This document shows, in pieces, positions 24,955 through 35,156 of a DNA stretch of 52,227 nucleotides. The number at the start of each line of letters is the position of its first letter. The stretch's first letter is position 1. The stretch is from a virus, in IMG/VR virus record IMGVR_UViG_3300020818_000003, one strand, 5' to 3'. A program made the position numbers and the translations under genes. The notes below the pieces were generated by a model. The model was given only the letters and a program-made list of their open reading frames with translations, was not told the DNA's origin and ran no database searches.

Positions 24955-25439
24955 AAGAATTAGATGGATTTCTTGGAGCCGCACTCCAGTTTGCCGCTGT
25001 TGATATCGCGATAAAGGCTAATTTGCATAATGCACTTGAAGAGGCTGCAAAACGCATTGAGGCCTCAGCTAAAGCAGAAATTGGGCACTATCAGCCAGCC
25101 GCAGGCCCATTCAATGAGTGGGATCAGTTAGCTGATAGTACCGAAGCTGATAAGGCGAGAAAGGGATTTCCATCTGATGCTCCACTCGAAAGAACTGGGC
25201 AGTTCAGAGAGTCATGGCAGCATGAAACGGAAGGTCTAGAAGCTGTAATCGGCTCCAAAGATGAGCGAGCACCTTGGTTTGAATTCGGTACGCCTAAAAT
25301 GCCGCCGCGCCCGGTACTGGGGCCAGCAGTTGTACATAACGGCGAGTTCATCAAAAAAATTATCGGAAAGGCTACTGTTAACGGCCTGATAGGCGGCTCG
25401 CCAATTCATCCTAATGCTGGTTATGACGACTTGGTTTAA
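24951..25439 (+). CDS. HK97 gp10-like virion component (tail or neck accessory)
   Basis: RTGQFRESW...APWFEFGTPKMPPRPVLGPA fits the HK97-gp10 family pattern (EfGT..mparPfl.PA). Confidence 0.55.
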   Translation: MKELDGFLGAALQFAAVDIAIKANLHNALEEAAKRIEASAKAEIGHYQPAAGPFNEWDQLADSTEADKARKGFPSDAPLERTGQFRESWQHETEGLEAVIGSKDERAPWFEFGTPKMPPRPVLGPAVVHNGEFIKKIIGKATVNGLIGGSPIHPNAGYDDLV

Positions 25440-25517
25440 CCATTAGAGACGGGTTTTTGCGTTGTCTTGCAGCATGCCAGTGATATTCTCTGATTATCTA
25501 AATTGATGGAGCAGGGA

Positions 25518-25865
25518 ATGAGGCGATTATTCGTAATCTTGGGCTTGCTGGTGGCTTGCAGTAGTTTTGCTGCTAGTGAAGACGACATAGCTGCCAGCGA
25601 TCAAAATGATGCTACCTATGCCAAGTTATATGGTTCGTGTACGAGACAGACTTGCCCTCCTGGATCAACGGTTATCGTAACCGCTAAAGAGGGCGATAGT
25701 GGAATTGCAACTACTCAGGACGGCCAGAATTATGATCTTCTTGGATTGAGGAAAATAAAATTCATTGTGGTTGCAAATGATAGTCAATACCTTTCTTTGG
25801 TCAATGTAAAAGCGCCGGGAGGGACTGTCTACTCGATTCAGAGAATGTTTCTAAAGCGAAAATAA
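25518..25865 (+). CDS. Lipoprotein moron inside the tail operon
   Basis: MRRLFVILGLLVACSSFA carries a signal peptide with an LVAC lipobox. It has its own upstream noncoding gap and a downstream terminator. Start at 25506 or 25518. Confidence 0.65.
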   Translation: MRRLFVILGLLVACSSFAASEDDIAASDQNDATYAKLYGSCTRQTCPPGSTVIVTAKEGDSGIATTQDGQNYDLLGLRKIKFIVVANDSQYLSLVNVKAPGGTVYSIQRMFLKRK

Positions 25866-25885
25866 TGATAGACATCATCAAATAT

Positions 25886-25910
25886 ACCCAGCCATAGCGC
25901 TGGGTTTTTT
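25886..25910 (+). terminator. Intrinsic terminator after the lipoprotein moron
   Basis: acccagc-catagc-gctgggt followed by ttttt. Confidence 0.7.
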
Positions 25911-25932
25911 ATTGTCAAAATTCGGAGCCTGC

Positions 25933-28110
25933 ATGGATATCGAAGCATATAAAGTCGCGGTGAAAGTATCGCTTACGGAGAACGTTACTGCTGGCTTGCT
26001 GGCGATTTCGCGTAAATTCGGCGATACCAATAAACAGGCGGCGATATTTCAAGAGCGCATGGCTCAGATTGGCAAAATGACCCTTGCAGGCGGCGCTTTG
26101 GTTGGCGCTGGCCTGATGATCACCAAGGGTCTGGACGCTTCCATTAAGGCTGCCAATGACCTTGTAAAGGCTCAAAACGACTTCAAAACCCTGAACCTTA
26201 CAGTTCAGGAAAATGCGTTGGTTAATTCAACCGCGCAGAACGTATCTCACAATGTTCTCGGGACAACGATAGCTGGCAATATTCGCCTCATTCAGGATTT
26301 GCACACAGCATTAGGCGATCTGCATCACTCCATCGAACTTGCACCAATGTTTGCCAAGTATGAATCCACCATCGGAATGGCTCTTGGTGAGCATGCCAAA
26401 GACGGCATGGTGAATGCCGCTGCAAGAGCATTAGAGCACCGAGGTGGCAAGGTTGTTAACGACCCTGCCGAATTTCAAAAAGAACTATCATGGATGTCGC
26501 AAGTTCAGTTGGCATCTAAAGGGCGAGTTAGCCCAAAAGATTTCCTGACCGCATCACAGTCTGGCAAATTAGCATACACCTCGTTATCGCCAGAATATTT
26601 ATATGGTGCGTTTGCTGGCTTGATGTCGATGAATGGTGGTTTTCAATCTGGCACAGCATTAATGACGACATATAGTTCATTAATTGGCGGTCATATGGAT
26701 AAAAAGGCTAAAGGTGCGCTTTCTGAATTAGGGATGTATAGCGAGGGAGTCAGTAAGGCCAGAATGAAATCAATGACGGAGGCTATGAAAGGAATGTCTC
26801 CGTCAGAAAAACAAATTTACATGCAAAGCATTGGAGGGGAGTCGTTACTTTCTGGCGGACTTAATAAGGATTATGCCAACCTATTCATGTCAAACCCATT
26901 TGAGTTCTCAAAATTGATGGCACAAAAGATACGAGACCGATATGGGAAAGATTTGACAGATGAAGAAGTAAAAAACTGGATAGGCGCTCACTTCAATAGA
27001 AATACTGCTGGCTTCCTAGGGCAGAACGTACTCAATGCCAATAAGTTACAGAAAGATGCTGCAATCTTCAGGCATGCTCAGGATTACAGCACAGCTTACG
27101 ACACCTACCTAAATTCACCAGACGGTGCTGGGATGGCACTGTCATCGGCATGGACGAACTTCAAAGCCGTGCTAGGCATACAGCTGATCCCCATGTTAAC
27201 AACTGCCACAATGGGTATGGCTAACTTCGTAGACAAGCTGAGCAAGCTCGCAGAAGACAATCCGATGCTGACTAAGTTTGCCATGTATGCCGCTGCTGCG
27301 ACCGCAGGGCTAACCATTATTTCTGGCGGTGTCATGTTGCTAGGTGCAACCATCATGGCGGCAAGGCTGGTTGGCTCGTTAGGGGTGGTAAGTTCTTTCG
27401 CTACCCTGCTTGGTGGTCCCGTCGTATGGGCAATTGTAGCTGCAGCCGGTGCATCGTATTTGCTCTATAAAAACTGGGACAAAATCAAACCAGAAGCCAA
27501 GAAGATGGGAAGTGAGTTTGGCGGAATAATGTCTGACATCATGAACCGTATTAAGCAGGTTGGTGTTTATATGAGTAATTGGGGGATATGGAAAAGTTTC
27601 GATAACTTTTCAACCAAACTGGAGGTTGGGTTTAACAATCTATTTGACACAATTATTGGTTATTTGAACAAAATCCCCGGAGTGAATTTACTTACTTCGC
27701 AGCAGAATGGTGTTAAAAACCAAGCTTTAAACCTTCTGTCTGACATCAGCAGAATAACGGAAGGTAATAAGCCTGTCCCGGTAGTTAAAACTGATACTTC
27801 CACAACGGCTGGTAGTTATGCGGCAGCTAATGCCGGATGGAAAAACGGCAATACCTCAACCACTGCACAAGACTATGCCAATGGTATGAGGGGAAGCATC
27901 GAAAGCTCAAGAACGCCAACCGTTCCAGGCAAGCAAGGTCAAACAATCCAAGTTAACAGCACTATTAACATGGATGGTAAGCAGATAGCGACTGGCGTCA
28001 CCAAGCATCAGACGAGAGAAGCAACCAAAGCTCCATCAGGCCCAAGTGCTTTCGACTCGTCAATGTTGATGACATATCCAGGGCAAGTAAGCGCAGCCTC
28101 AACCAACTAA
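25933..28110 (+). CDS. Tail tape measure protein
   Basis: 725 aa. Helical N-terminus, central hydrophobic Gly/Ala-rich segments. GGAG RBS. The ORF-track start at 25912 is TTG. Confidence 0.8.
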   Translation: MDIEAYKVAVKVSLTENVTAGLLAISRKFGDTNKQAAIFQERMAQIGKMTLAGGALVGAGLMITKGLDASIKAANDLVKAQNDFKTLNLTVQENALVNSTAQNVSHNVLGTTIAGNIRLIQDLHTALGDLHHSIELAPMFAKYESTIGMALGEHAKDGMVNAAARALEHRGGKVVNDPAEFQKELSWMSQVQLASKGRVSPKDFLTASQSGKLAYTSLSPEYLYGAFAGLMSMNGGFQSGTALMTTYSSLIGGHMDKKAKGALSELGMYSEGVSKARMKSMTEAMKGMSPSEKQIYMQSIGGESLLSGGLNKDYANLFMSNPFEFSKLMAQKIRDRYGKDLTDEEVKNWIGAHFNRNTAGFLGQNVLNANKLQKDAAIFRHAQDYSTAYDTYLNSPDGAGMALSSAWTNFKAVLGIQLIPMLTTATMGMANFVDKLSKLAEDNPMLTKFAMYAAAATAGLTIISGGVMLLGATIMAARLVGSLGVVSSFATLLGGPVVWAIVAAAGASYLLYKNWDKIKPEAKKMGSEFGGIMSDIMNRIKQVGVYMSNWGIWKSFDNFSTKLEVGFNNLFDTIIGYLNKIPGVNLLTSQQNGVKNQALNLLSDISRITEGNKPVPVVKTDTSTTAGSYAAANAGWKNGNTSTTAQDYANGMRGSIESSRTPTVPGKQGQTIQVNSTINMDGKQIATGVTKHQTREATKAPSGPSAFDSSMLMTYPGQVSAASTN

Positions 28111-28120
28111 CGGAGTAATC

Positions 28121-29107
28121 ATGTCGTTCCTAAGCGCACTGAATAACTTCGCACAGGGGTTAGATCCAACGGTTACTCGCTTAATTCTCGGGGGCTTCGA
28201 GTTTCTCGATTTCGAAGTCCCTGAGCGCATCGCGATACCTGGCAAACAGAAGACAGTTCTCCATCAGATGATCGGCGGCAAACGCACGATTGATGTTCTT
28301 GGTGTTGAGTATGACCCGCTGTCATGGTCTGGAATTTTTACCGGAGCACAATCTGGGGCGCGGGTTACGCAACTTGAAAAAATGCGTGATGCGGGCAAGC
28401 AGATAACCCTGACGCTTGACAGCTACAGTTTTACTGTTGTCATCACTTCATTCACGCCAGTTTATGAGTTCATCTATCGTCGGCCGTACACGATTGAAGT
28501 TGCCATCGTCGCGAGCAATGCTTCACCTATCCGTGTTGACGCACTGACTGGCTCGCTGGGTGCGTTAGTTAACAGTGACATTGGCAAGTCACTCGGCCTA
28601 TCGAGCATCATTAACGTCTCTGCAGTAACCTCTGCTGTAGCAACTGTGCAAAGCGCAGTTAAGCAGGTGACGGATTTTGCTCATGCGACAATAGAGCAAG
28701 TTCAGTCTGTCGTGAGGCCAATCATTGCTGCACAAGCCATGGTACAGCAGACGATAGGGCAACTCGAATCAGCTGCTAATGACATTACAACGCTTGGTGG
28801 ATTGGTTCCCGGTAATCCGATATCAAAAACCATCAACAATGTTCTGAAGCAGGCAGATTTAACAACGAGAATTCCCGCGCTTTATAGCCTGCAAAGTGTT
28901 CTTGGCCGGCTGAATAAAAACGTGCAGTCAGGTCAGACCGCTGACGGCGTGAAGACGGTTACTCTCAGTGGTAGCAACCTCTACCAGGTTGCAGCCAACC
29001 AATATGGAGATGCCACTAAATGGAGCAGTCTGGCATCAGCTAACAAAATTACAGACCCACAGTTGACTGGCATCAACACAATCATCGTTCCATCAAATCC
29101 GAGCTAA
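28121..29107 (+). CDS. Tail/baseplate protein with a C-terminal LysM domain (Mu gp43 position)
   Basis: 328 aa. The C-terminus TLSGSNLYQVAANQYGDATKWSSLASANKITDPQLTGINTIIVP is LysM-like. Confidence 0.6.
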   Translation: MSFLSALNNFAQGLDPTVTRLILGGFEFLDFEVPERIAIPGKQKTVLHQMIGGKRTIDVLGVEYDPLSWSGIFTGAQSGARVTQLEKMRDAGKQITLTLDSYSFTVVITSFTPVYEFIYRRPYTIEVAIVASNASPIRVDALTGSLGALVNSDIGKSLGLSSIINVSAVTSAVATVQSAVKQVTDFAHATIEQVQSVVRPIIAAQAMVQQTIGQLESAANDITTLGGLVPGNPISKTINNVLKQADLTTRIPALYSLQSVLGRLNKNVQSGQTADGVKTVTLSGSNLYQVAANQYGDATKWSSLASANKITDPQLTGINTIIVPSNPS

Positions 29108-29108
29108 T

Positions 29109-30224
29109 ATGGACGTAAACAATCCGATTATCACCTCCAGCGCCCGCCAAATCAGCGGGCGTTGTCTTTTGAACGGGGTAGAGGTTCCATTCGTCTCGTT
29201 TGAAGTTGAGAATAACTCATTTCGCGGGGCGGGAACGTTTAGCCTGACTTTGGCAACTTCTGCATTACCCGCAAGCATGGGGATGCTGAACTACTGGGCG
29301 GTGCAAACCACAATTCAGGTTGAGCTTTCCGTGTCAGTGATCAGTCAGTCAGGGACGGATGAGAAGCGGCTGATTATTGGAAATATCGACAACTGGCACT
29401 TTGACCCTGCGCGGTTTGAGATTGTGGCCGACGGTCGAGACTTTACCGGTCTGATGATCGATGCCAAATCCGCTGGAGAAAGCTTTAAGAACTACACCAG
29501 CTCTCAGATAGCGACAATCCTCGCACAGCGTCATGGCCTGACACCAGTGGTCACAACAACGACTGGGCGGTTTGGTGAATTCTATCAAATTGACTCGGCA
29601 CACTTGACCGGCGAGCAAACGGAGTGGGACTTGATCACCACGCTGGCAGGCATTGAGAATTTCAATGTCTACGTGGATGGCGAGAATCTGGTGTTCGCTC
29701 CAGTCACCGACCCCGCGAAAGCTGACAACTATGTGATCCGATGGCAGCCGCCGGGCGTACTGGCTTACCCGCAGTGCAACATGTCAGAAGACCTTTCATT
29801 CTCTAAGGCTCTGACGATATCAAAAGGTGTAACTGTAGAGGTTCTTAGCTGGAATGCTAAACGCAAAAACAAACAATTTGTTGCTTCATATCCGAAAGTA
29901 GCCAAAGGCACGACCCCAGGAAATTCAACAGCGAAAACTCAGGTTTATCGCGTTATACGCAACGGTTTATCTCCTGAATCGGCTACCGCGCTGGCACAAA
30001 AAATCTACCGAGAAATCATTCAGCATGAAATGAAATTCACCGGCTCAACTGCTGGCGACAATCTACTCACGCCGGAAACAATGGTACGCATCGAAGGCAC
30101 TGCCAGCCCGTTTGACCAACTTTACTACTGCGACAGCGTGCGCCGGACATTGAGTTGGGACACTGGCTACACGATGACCATCTCAGGGAAAAACCACAGC
30201 CCGGCATTGGAGGTTTCACAGTGA
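29109..30224 (+). CDS. Baseplate hub protein (Mu gp44 / P2 gpD-like)
   Basis: 371 aa. Called from position between the tape-measure-proximal gene and the gpV-like spike. Confidence 0.6.
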   Translation: MDVNNPIITSSARQISGRCLLNGVEVPFVSFEVENNSFRGAGTFSLTLATSALPASMGMLNYWAVQTTIQVELSVSVISQSGTDEKRLIIGNIDNWHFDPARFEIVADGRDFTGLMIDAKSAGESFKNYTSSQIATILAQRHGLTPVVTTTTGRFGEFYQIDSAHLTGEQTEWDLITTLAGIENFNVYVDGENLVFAPVTDPAKADNYVIRWQPPGVLAYPQCNMSEDLSFSKALTISKGVTVEVLSWNAKRKNKQFVASYPKVAKGTTPGNSTAKTQVYRVIRNGLSPESATALAQKIYREIIQHEMKFTGSTAGDNLLTPETMVRIEGTASPFDQLYYCDSVRRTLSWDTGYTMTISGKNHSPALEVSQ

Positions 30225-30847
30225 GAGCATTAATGAATGCAGTTACTGGCAGGGCGCAACAGGCTAATGCTGGGTTCAGCGGGACTCGGCAGGGCATTGT
30301 CACCGCTTATGACCCCGAGAACTATTCTGTCAAAGTTCAGCTTCAGCCGACCGGAGACGAAACTGGTTGGGTACCATTGGCGACAATGTGGGCGGGGAAT
30401 GGATTTGGGGTTGTAGCGGGGCCGGTGATTGGCACGGTAATTGAAGTTGAGTTCGATTCTGGTCTGATTGGCGTTGGAATGGCGGTGGGGCAGTTCTTCA
30501 ATGATGTAGACCGTTGCCCGGGGCCACCCTCTGGTCAGTTCTGGGTTATTGACTCGTCAGGCTCCTCAATCAAGCTCACCAACGACAAAAAGGTAACCGT
30601 TACAGACGGGGCGGGATCAACCGTTGTGATGAATGGTAACGGCACTGGGACGCTGAATTTTGCCGGAGGACTTACTGTTAACGCCAACACGCAAATAAAT
30701 GGGGATCTACAAGTATCTGGCAGCATCAAAGACCAGAACGGCGCTAAAGGCACTGTTCAGAAAATTCGTGACGTATTCGACGATCACGTTCACAACGGCG
30801 TTCAGACCGGCAGCGGCTCAACAAATATTCCAACTACTCAGCTGTAG
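30221..30847 (+). CDS. Baseplate central spike / assembly protein V-like
   Basis: GTG start with GGAGG 7 nt upstream and a GTGA overlap. GIVTAYDPENYSVKVQLQPTGDETGWVPLATMWAGNGFG is a typical gpV OB fold. Confidence 0.7.
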   Translation: MRALMNAVTGRAQQANAGFSGTRQGIVTAYDPENYSVKVQLQPTGDETGWVPLATMWAGNGFGVVAGPVIGTVIEVEFDSGLIGVGMAVGQFFNDVDRCPGPPSGQFWVIDSSGSSIKLTNDKKVTVTDGAGSTVVMNGNGTGTLNFAGGLTVNANTQINGDLQVSGSIKDQNGAKGTVQKIRDVFDDHVHNGVQTGSGSTNIPTTQL

Positions 30848-30854
30848 GTGACCC

Positions 30855-31220
30855 ATGTATGACCTTTACCACTATATCGGCGGTGACATTAGCACCTCGC
30901 CGACGGGCGACCTGCGCCCAGTTTCTGACACTGAGCGCGGAACTCAGCGCGTCTTAAGGCGATTAATGACGAATCCAGGTGATTACTTGTTCCATCCGGA
31001 ATACGGAGCAGGGCTTGGTAAGAAAGTGGGGGATTCGGTCAACATAAACGAATGGAAGGCGCTCATCCTCGGGCAAATGTTGCTTGAAGATTGCGTTGCA
31101 ACATCACCTGAACCAACGGTCACGCTGACCCTGATTGATATGGGTGTTAGTTGCTCCATTCAGTACACCGATGCTGTCTCAGGCACTCCCGCTACACTCA
31201 GTTTTGACGTGACGAGGTAA
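30855..31220 (+). CDS. Baseplate wedge protein (GPW/gp25-like)
   Basis: 121 aa. LRRLMTNPGDYLFHPEYGAGL fits the gp25/W pattern. Confidence 0.7.
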   Translation: MYDLYHYIGGDISTSPTGDLRPVSDTERGTQRVLRRLMTNPGDYLFHPEYGAGLGKKVGDSVNINEWKALILGQMLLEDCVATSPEPTVTLTLIDMGVSCSIQYTDAVSGTPATLSFDVTR

Positions 31221-31224
31221 CCGC

Positions 31225-32352
31225 GTGGCTTCACTAAATATTAAAGACTTCGCCACTCTGGTGAGCGATCAGGTTACGGCCATGCAGGCCAGCGCTGCGG
31301 GGCTAGTTGATCTCGCAATCGGGAGTATTTTACGCGCTGTCGCTGAGTCAAACTCAGGCGTGGCGATGTGGATACAGCAACTCATCGTTAATTTACTCGT
31401 GACAACACGAGCAGCGACATGCTCAGGAGATGATCTTGATAGCTGGATGGCAGACTTCAGCTTCACTCGCTTATCAGCCGTGCAATCAACTGGCCCCGTA
31501 ACATTTAGTCGTTTCACTGCAACGAATCAGGCGCTGATTCCGGTGGGATCTGAAGTTACAACAACTGACGGCACTCAGGCATACACCGTAACCACCGACA
31601 CGACTAATTCTGCCTATGATTCGACACAATTGGGTTATGTCATTGCTGCCGGGGTAAGTTCATTGACCGTGCCGGTGCAGGCCAATACGGCAGGCGCAGC
31701 AGGCAATGCGCAGGCTGGAACCATCACGGTAATATCCGGATCAATCCAATACGTCGATACCGTGACAAACTCCACCACGTTCACAAATGGCGAAGATGCA
31801 GAAACTGATGATGCTTTCAGAGCCCGCTTCGTTCTCTGGATCGCGTCACTGTCAAAGGCGACGAAAGCCGCGATTGGTTACGCACTGAGCAGCATGCAAA
31901 GTGGTGTCACCTACACCCTTACAGAGAACTACGCTTACAACGGGACAGCTCAGCCTGGTTATTTCTATGCAGTCGTAGATGATGGAAGCGGTGCGCCGAC
32001 AACGACTTTCATCAATCAGGCCTATGCAGCTATCGATGCTGTGCGCGGGTTCACGGTGACTTTCGGAGTATTTCCTCCGACATTGGTAACTGCGAATGTT
32101 GTCATGACAATAACCACAGACCCGTCAGCAACGCATTCGGATATTGTCACAATAGTGACTGAAGCTATTCAGACCTACATCGCAAGCCTGTCGCTCGGAC
32201 AGTTACTGCCATATACGCAACTGGCGACCATCGCATACGGTGCAAGCTCATTTGTAACGAACGTTTCCGGTGTAACGCTCAATAGCGGCACTTCTGACCT
32301 CGCGGCCTCCGGCAAACAGGTTATTCGCGCAGGAACAATTTCGGTGAGCTAA
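31225..32352 (+). CDS. Baseplate J-like protein
   Basis: 375 aa (GTG start). Called from position and size after the W-like gene. Confidence 0.7.
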   Translation: MASLNIKDFATLVSDQVTAMQASAAGLVDLAIGSILRAVAESNSGVAMWIQQLIVNLLVTTRAATCSGDDLDSWMADFSFTRLSAVQSTGPVTFSRFTATNQALIPVGSEVTTTDGTQAYTVTTDTTNSAYDSTQLGYVIAAGVSSLTVPVQANTAGAAGNAQAGTITVISGSIQYVDTVTNSTTFTNGEDAETDDAFRARFVLWIASLSKATKAAIGYALSSMQSGVTYTLTENYAYNGTAQPGYFYAVVDDGSGAPTTTFINQAYAAIDAVRGFTVTFGVFPPTLVTANVVMTITTDPSATHSDIVTIVTEAIQTYIASLSLGQLLPYTQLATIAYGASSFVTNVSGVTLNSGTSDLAASGKQVIRAGTISVS

Positions 32353-33015
32353 ATGGCAACTGGTGATCAGAGTGATATTCTTACTCGTCTAAAGGCGTTA
32401 ATTCCGCCGACGTGGTTTGGTGATGACCATCCAATTATCACTGCAATCCTAACGGCGTGCGCACAATCTCTGGCGTGGTGTTATTCGTTATATGTTTATG
32501 CACAACTACAGACGCGAATAAGCACTGCTACCGATGGTTGGTTGGATATTATCGCTTATGATTTTTTTGGTGATAATTTACAGCGCTCGGCAGGGCAATC
32601 AGACGAATTATTCAGAAACACGATAAAAATAAATATTCTCCGTGAGCGCGGAACGCGGAAAGCAATAAATGACATTCTTTTCGACTTAACCGGTAAGTAT
32701 CCCGTCATTTTTGAGCCACAGCGACCATTAGACACCGGTTCGTATGGTGGCCCCATGATCGGGTATGGACTCGCCGGAGGCTATGGCTCTCAATTATTAC
32801 CATATCAGGCATTCGTAACGGCGTTCCGGCCAGATGGTTCAGGAATTCCATACGTTGCAGGTTATGGTTCAACTCCTTCAGGTTATAGCACGCCATCACG
32901 TGGCGAATATGCATCACAAAGCATGATTACTGGTTCTATTACTGACAAGCAGGTCTACGAAGCCGTGGCGGCAGTGAAAATGGAAGGCACTATCGTGTGG
33001 GTTCGCCTGCAATAA
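32353..33015 (+). CDS. Baseplate/tail protein (Mu gp48 / P2 gpI position)
   Basis: 220 aa, with a TAAATG junction with the J-like gene. Confidence 0.6.
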   Translation: MATGDQSDILTRLKALIPPTWFGDDHPIITAILTACAQSLAWCYSLYVYAQLQTRISTATDGWLDIIAYDFFGDNLQRSAGQSDELFRNTIKINILRERGTRKAINDILFDLTGKYPVIFEPQRPLDTGSYGGPMIGYGLAGGYGSQLLPYQAFVTAFRPDGSGIPYVAGYGSTPSGYSTPSRGEYASQSMITGSITDKQVYEAVAAVKMEGTIVWVRLQ

Positions 33016-33043
33016 CCAATTAATTGATTCAAACATATAACCC

Positions 33044-33066
33044 AACCCGCTTCGGCGGGTTTTTTA
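33044..33066 (+). terminator. Intrinsic terminator upstream of the tail fibre gene
   Basis: aacccgc-ttcg-gcgggtt followed by a T-run. Near-duplicate of the cassette at 22323. Confidence 0.7.
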
Positions 33067-33079
33067 TTGGATAAAAATA

Positions 33080-34825
33080 ATGACTGACAGAATTATGGTA
33101 TACCCAGGCGCTATCCCGCTTGAGACCGATTTATTGTATTCCAATAAATTCGCGATGATGGGCTTGGCTAAGCTGTCCTCTGCAATGATGGGTTCAACAA
33201 CATATTTACATGGCCTGCAATGTACACCTACAAGCCCTGCTTCGATGGTAATTAATGTAGCGAGAGGCCAGATTTACAGCGTACAGAACGTTGATAATAC
33301 CGCCTATTCATCACTTGCTGCGGATACTGTGAATACAATTCTGAAGCAGGGTGTAGTCCTTTCTTCAACAGCGTTTACTTTGACCGCGCCGACGACTGCA
33401 GGGCAGAGTATCAACTATCTGGTTCAGGTGACTTACACTGACACGGATTCTGGCTCAACTGTGCTGCCTTATTATAATGCAAGCAACCCTTCGGTAGCAT
33501 ACAGCGGGCCTAACAACTCAGGCACTGCGCAGAACACCGTTCGTTCTGGCGTTTGTACTGTTGCGCTCAAGGCGGGTGTCGCCGCAACTACTGGCACGCA
33601 AACCACGCCTTCAGTGGATACTGGCTATACAGCAGCATGGGTGATCACCGTTGCGCAGGGAGCTACGACAGTTACTGCGGCAAACATTTCTGTAGCTGCC
33701 AATGCTCCATTCTTACCGGCAGCAGGGTTGGTGGCAGCTATTCAGCAATGCACGATGACCTACGCGACAGATACGGGTGCTGCAAATGCTTATGTTGCTC
33801 AGTTCGTTCCCGCTATTCCAACGCTATCAGATGGCATGCGTTTCACGTTCAAAGCAAAAGTTGCCAACACAGGCTCAAGCACCTTTGCGGCTAATGGTGG
33901 CTCTGCGTATCCACTTTATTCTCACGCACACCAAGCCTTGCAAGGCGGTGAGATTATTGCGAATGGCCTGATTGAAGTAGAGTGGAATAGCACGCTCACA
34001 GCCTGGATTCTTTGCGGAAACAGCGGAGGTGCGCTCCCTGTCGCTGCGGCAACTCAATCAAATCACGCACTCAATTTGGGGCAGGCTCCTGCAGTCGTCA
34101 CCGGCGTGATCGGCCAAGCATCTAACGCTAAGATGAGCGTGACCACAGCGTCAGCGACTGCAACATTTACGGCAGATGAATTGATTGTCGGGACAGCATT
34201 GGGCGGTGCTCAATATCGTCTCGGCAGTTTCAGCAAAACAATCAATCTGGCTACCACCGGCGCGGGCGGCATGGACACGGGCGCGGCTCCGGCGTCTGGT
34301 TTTGTTGCACTTTATGCGATTTATAACCCGACCACAGCAGCCAGTGCGTTGCTGGCCGTAAACGCCACTGCAGCCATCGCACCTATGGTTTATGGCGGCG
34401 CAAATATGCCTGCTGGTTATACCGCCTCAGCTCTGATTTCAGTGGTTCCGACAAATGCCAGTTCGCAGATAGTTCCGCTTTCCCAGATGGGGCGATCTAT
34501 CAGCGTTAACCCGACGTCCGTTTTATCGACATCAACCGCAGCACCATCAGTTACGGCCGTAAGTATTTCTTCTGGTGTTCCGAAAAATGCATTGTCTGTC
34601 ACCCTCGTTGGAAACACGGCGGTCTCGGGTAGTACGGGTATCTTCGTAAATATTTACGAAACAGCAGGTAGTCAGGGACAGCACCAATTTGCGACAACAA
34701 GCACCGGATTATCTTCAACGATAGCGGACATAAAACTGCCAACACCTCAAACGATATATGCGACTTACGGGCCCGCAGTTACTGGGTTTAGCCAAACGCT
34801 ATCAGTTTGTTCATATAGCATTTAA
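33080..34825 (+). CDS. Tail fibre protein
   Basis: 581 aa. Ala/Thr/Ser/Gly-rich composition typical of fibres. Last large gene of the tail module. Confidence 0.7.
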   Translation: MTDRIMVYPGAIPLETDLLYSNKFAMMGLAKLSSAMMGSTTYLHGLQCTPTSPASMVINVARGQIYSVQNVDNTAYSSLAADTVNTILKQGVVLSSTAFTLTAPTTAGQSINYLVQVTYTDTDSGSTVLPYYNASNPSVAYSGPNNSGTAQNTVRSGVCTVALKAGVAATTGTQTTPSVDTGYTAAWVITVAQGATTVTAANISVAANAPFLPAAGLVAAIQQCTMTYATDTGAANAYVAQFVPAIPTLSDGMRFTFKAKVANTGSSTFAANGGSAYPLYSHAHQALQGGEIIANGLIEVEWNSTLTAWILCGNSGGALPVAAATQSNHALNLGQAPAVVTGVIGQASNAKMSVTTASATATFTADELIVGTALGGAQYRLGSFSKTINLATTGAGGMDTGAAPASGFVALYAIYNPTTAASALLAVNATAAIAPMVYGGANMPAGYTASALISVVPTNASSQIVPLSQMGRSISVNPTSVLSTSTAAPSVTAVSISSGVPKNALSVTLVGNTAVSGSTGIFVNIYETAGSQGQHQFATTSTGLSSTIADIKLPTPQTIYATYGPAVTGFSQTLSVCSYSI

Positions 34826-34837
34826 TCAGGAGGAATT

Positions 34838-35032
34838 ATGGAGACGATTTATGTGCAGTTTTCAGATGATACCGAAACAGTGATTGTTTCATTGTTTGGC
34901 AATCCTCAAGACCCAGAGTATTGGCCGAATCAGGGCACCGTAACGGAATCCGATCCGCGCTATAAGACGTACTATGATGCAATGCCAGACATTGTGAAGC
35001 AGTACTGGCCTACGCCTACTATAGTTAATTAA
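34838..35032 (+). CDS. Small hypothetical protein after the tail fibre (possible fibre accessory)
   Basis: 64 aa, GGAGG RBS. Confidence 0.5.
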   Translation: METIYVQFSDDTETVIVSLFGNPQDPEYWPNQGTVTESDPRYKTYYDAMPDIVKQYWPTPTIVN

Positions 35033-35068
35033 TACCATCAATATACTTTCGGTTATTTATTTCATCGC

Positions 35069-35115
35069 ATCTGATTCCTTCATGCAATTTGGATTAATTG
35101 ATGAAAGAATCAGAT
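35069..35115. terminator. Long hairpin between the convergent tail-fibre and gtr transcription units
   Basis: atctgattccttcat ... atgaaagaatcagat: 15-bp arms with 1 mismatch and a 17-nt loop. No clean U-tract on either strand. Confidence 0.4.
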
Positions 35116-35156
35116 CTTATAAGATATTTCGGTGCGTGTTATTAATTGGTGTCCTT

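Noticed and set aside
33553-33971. Alternative-frame ORFs within the tail fibre gene
   Set aside because: Their translations are Cys/His/Arg-rich junk. The main frame gives a typical fibre composition over 581 aa.
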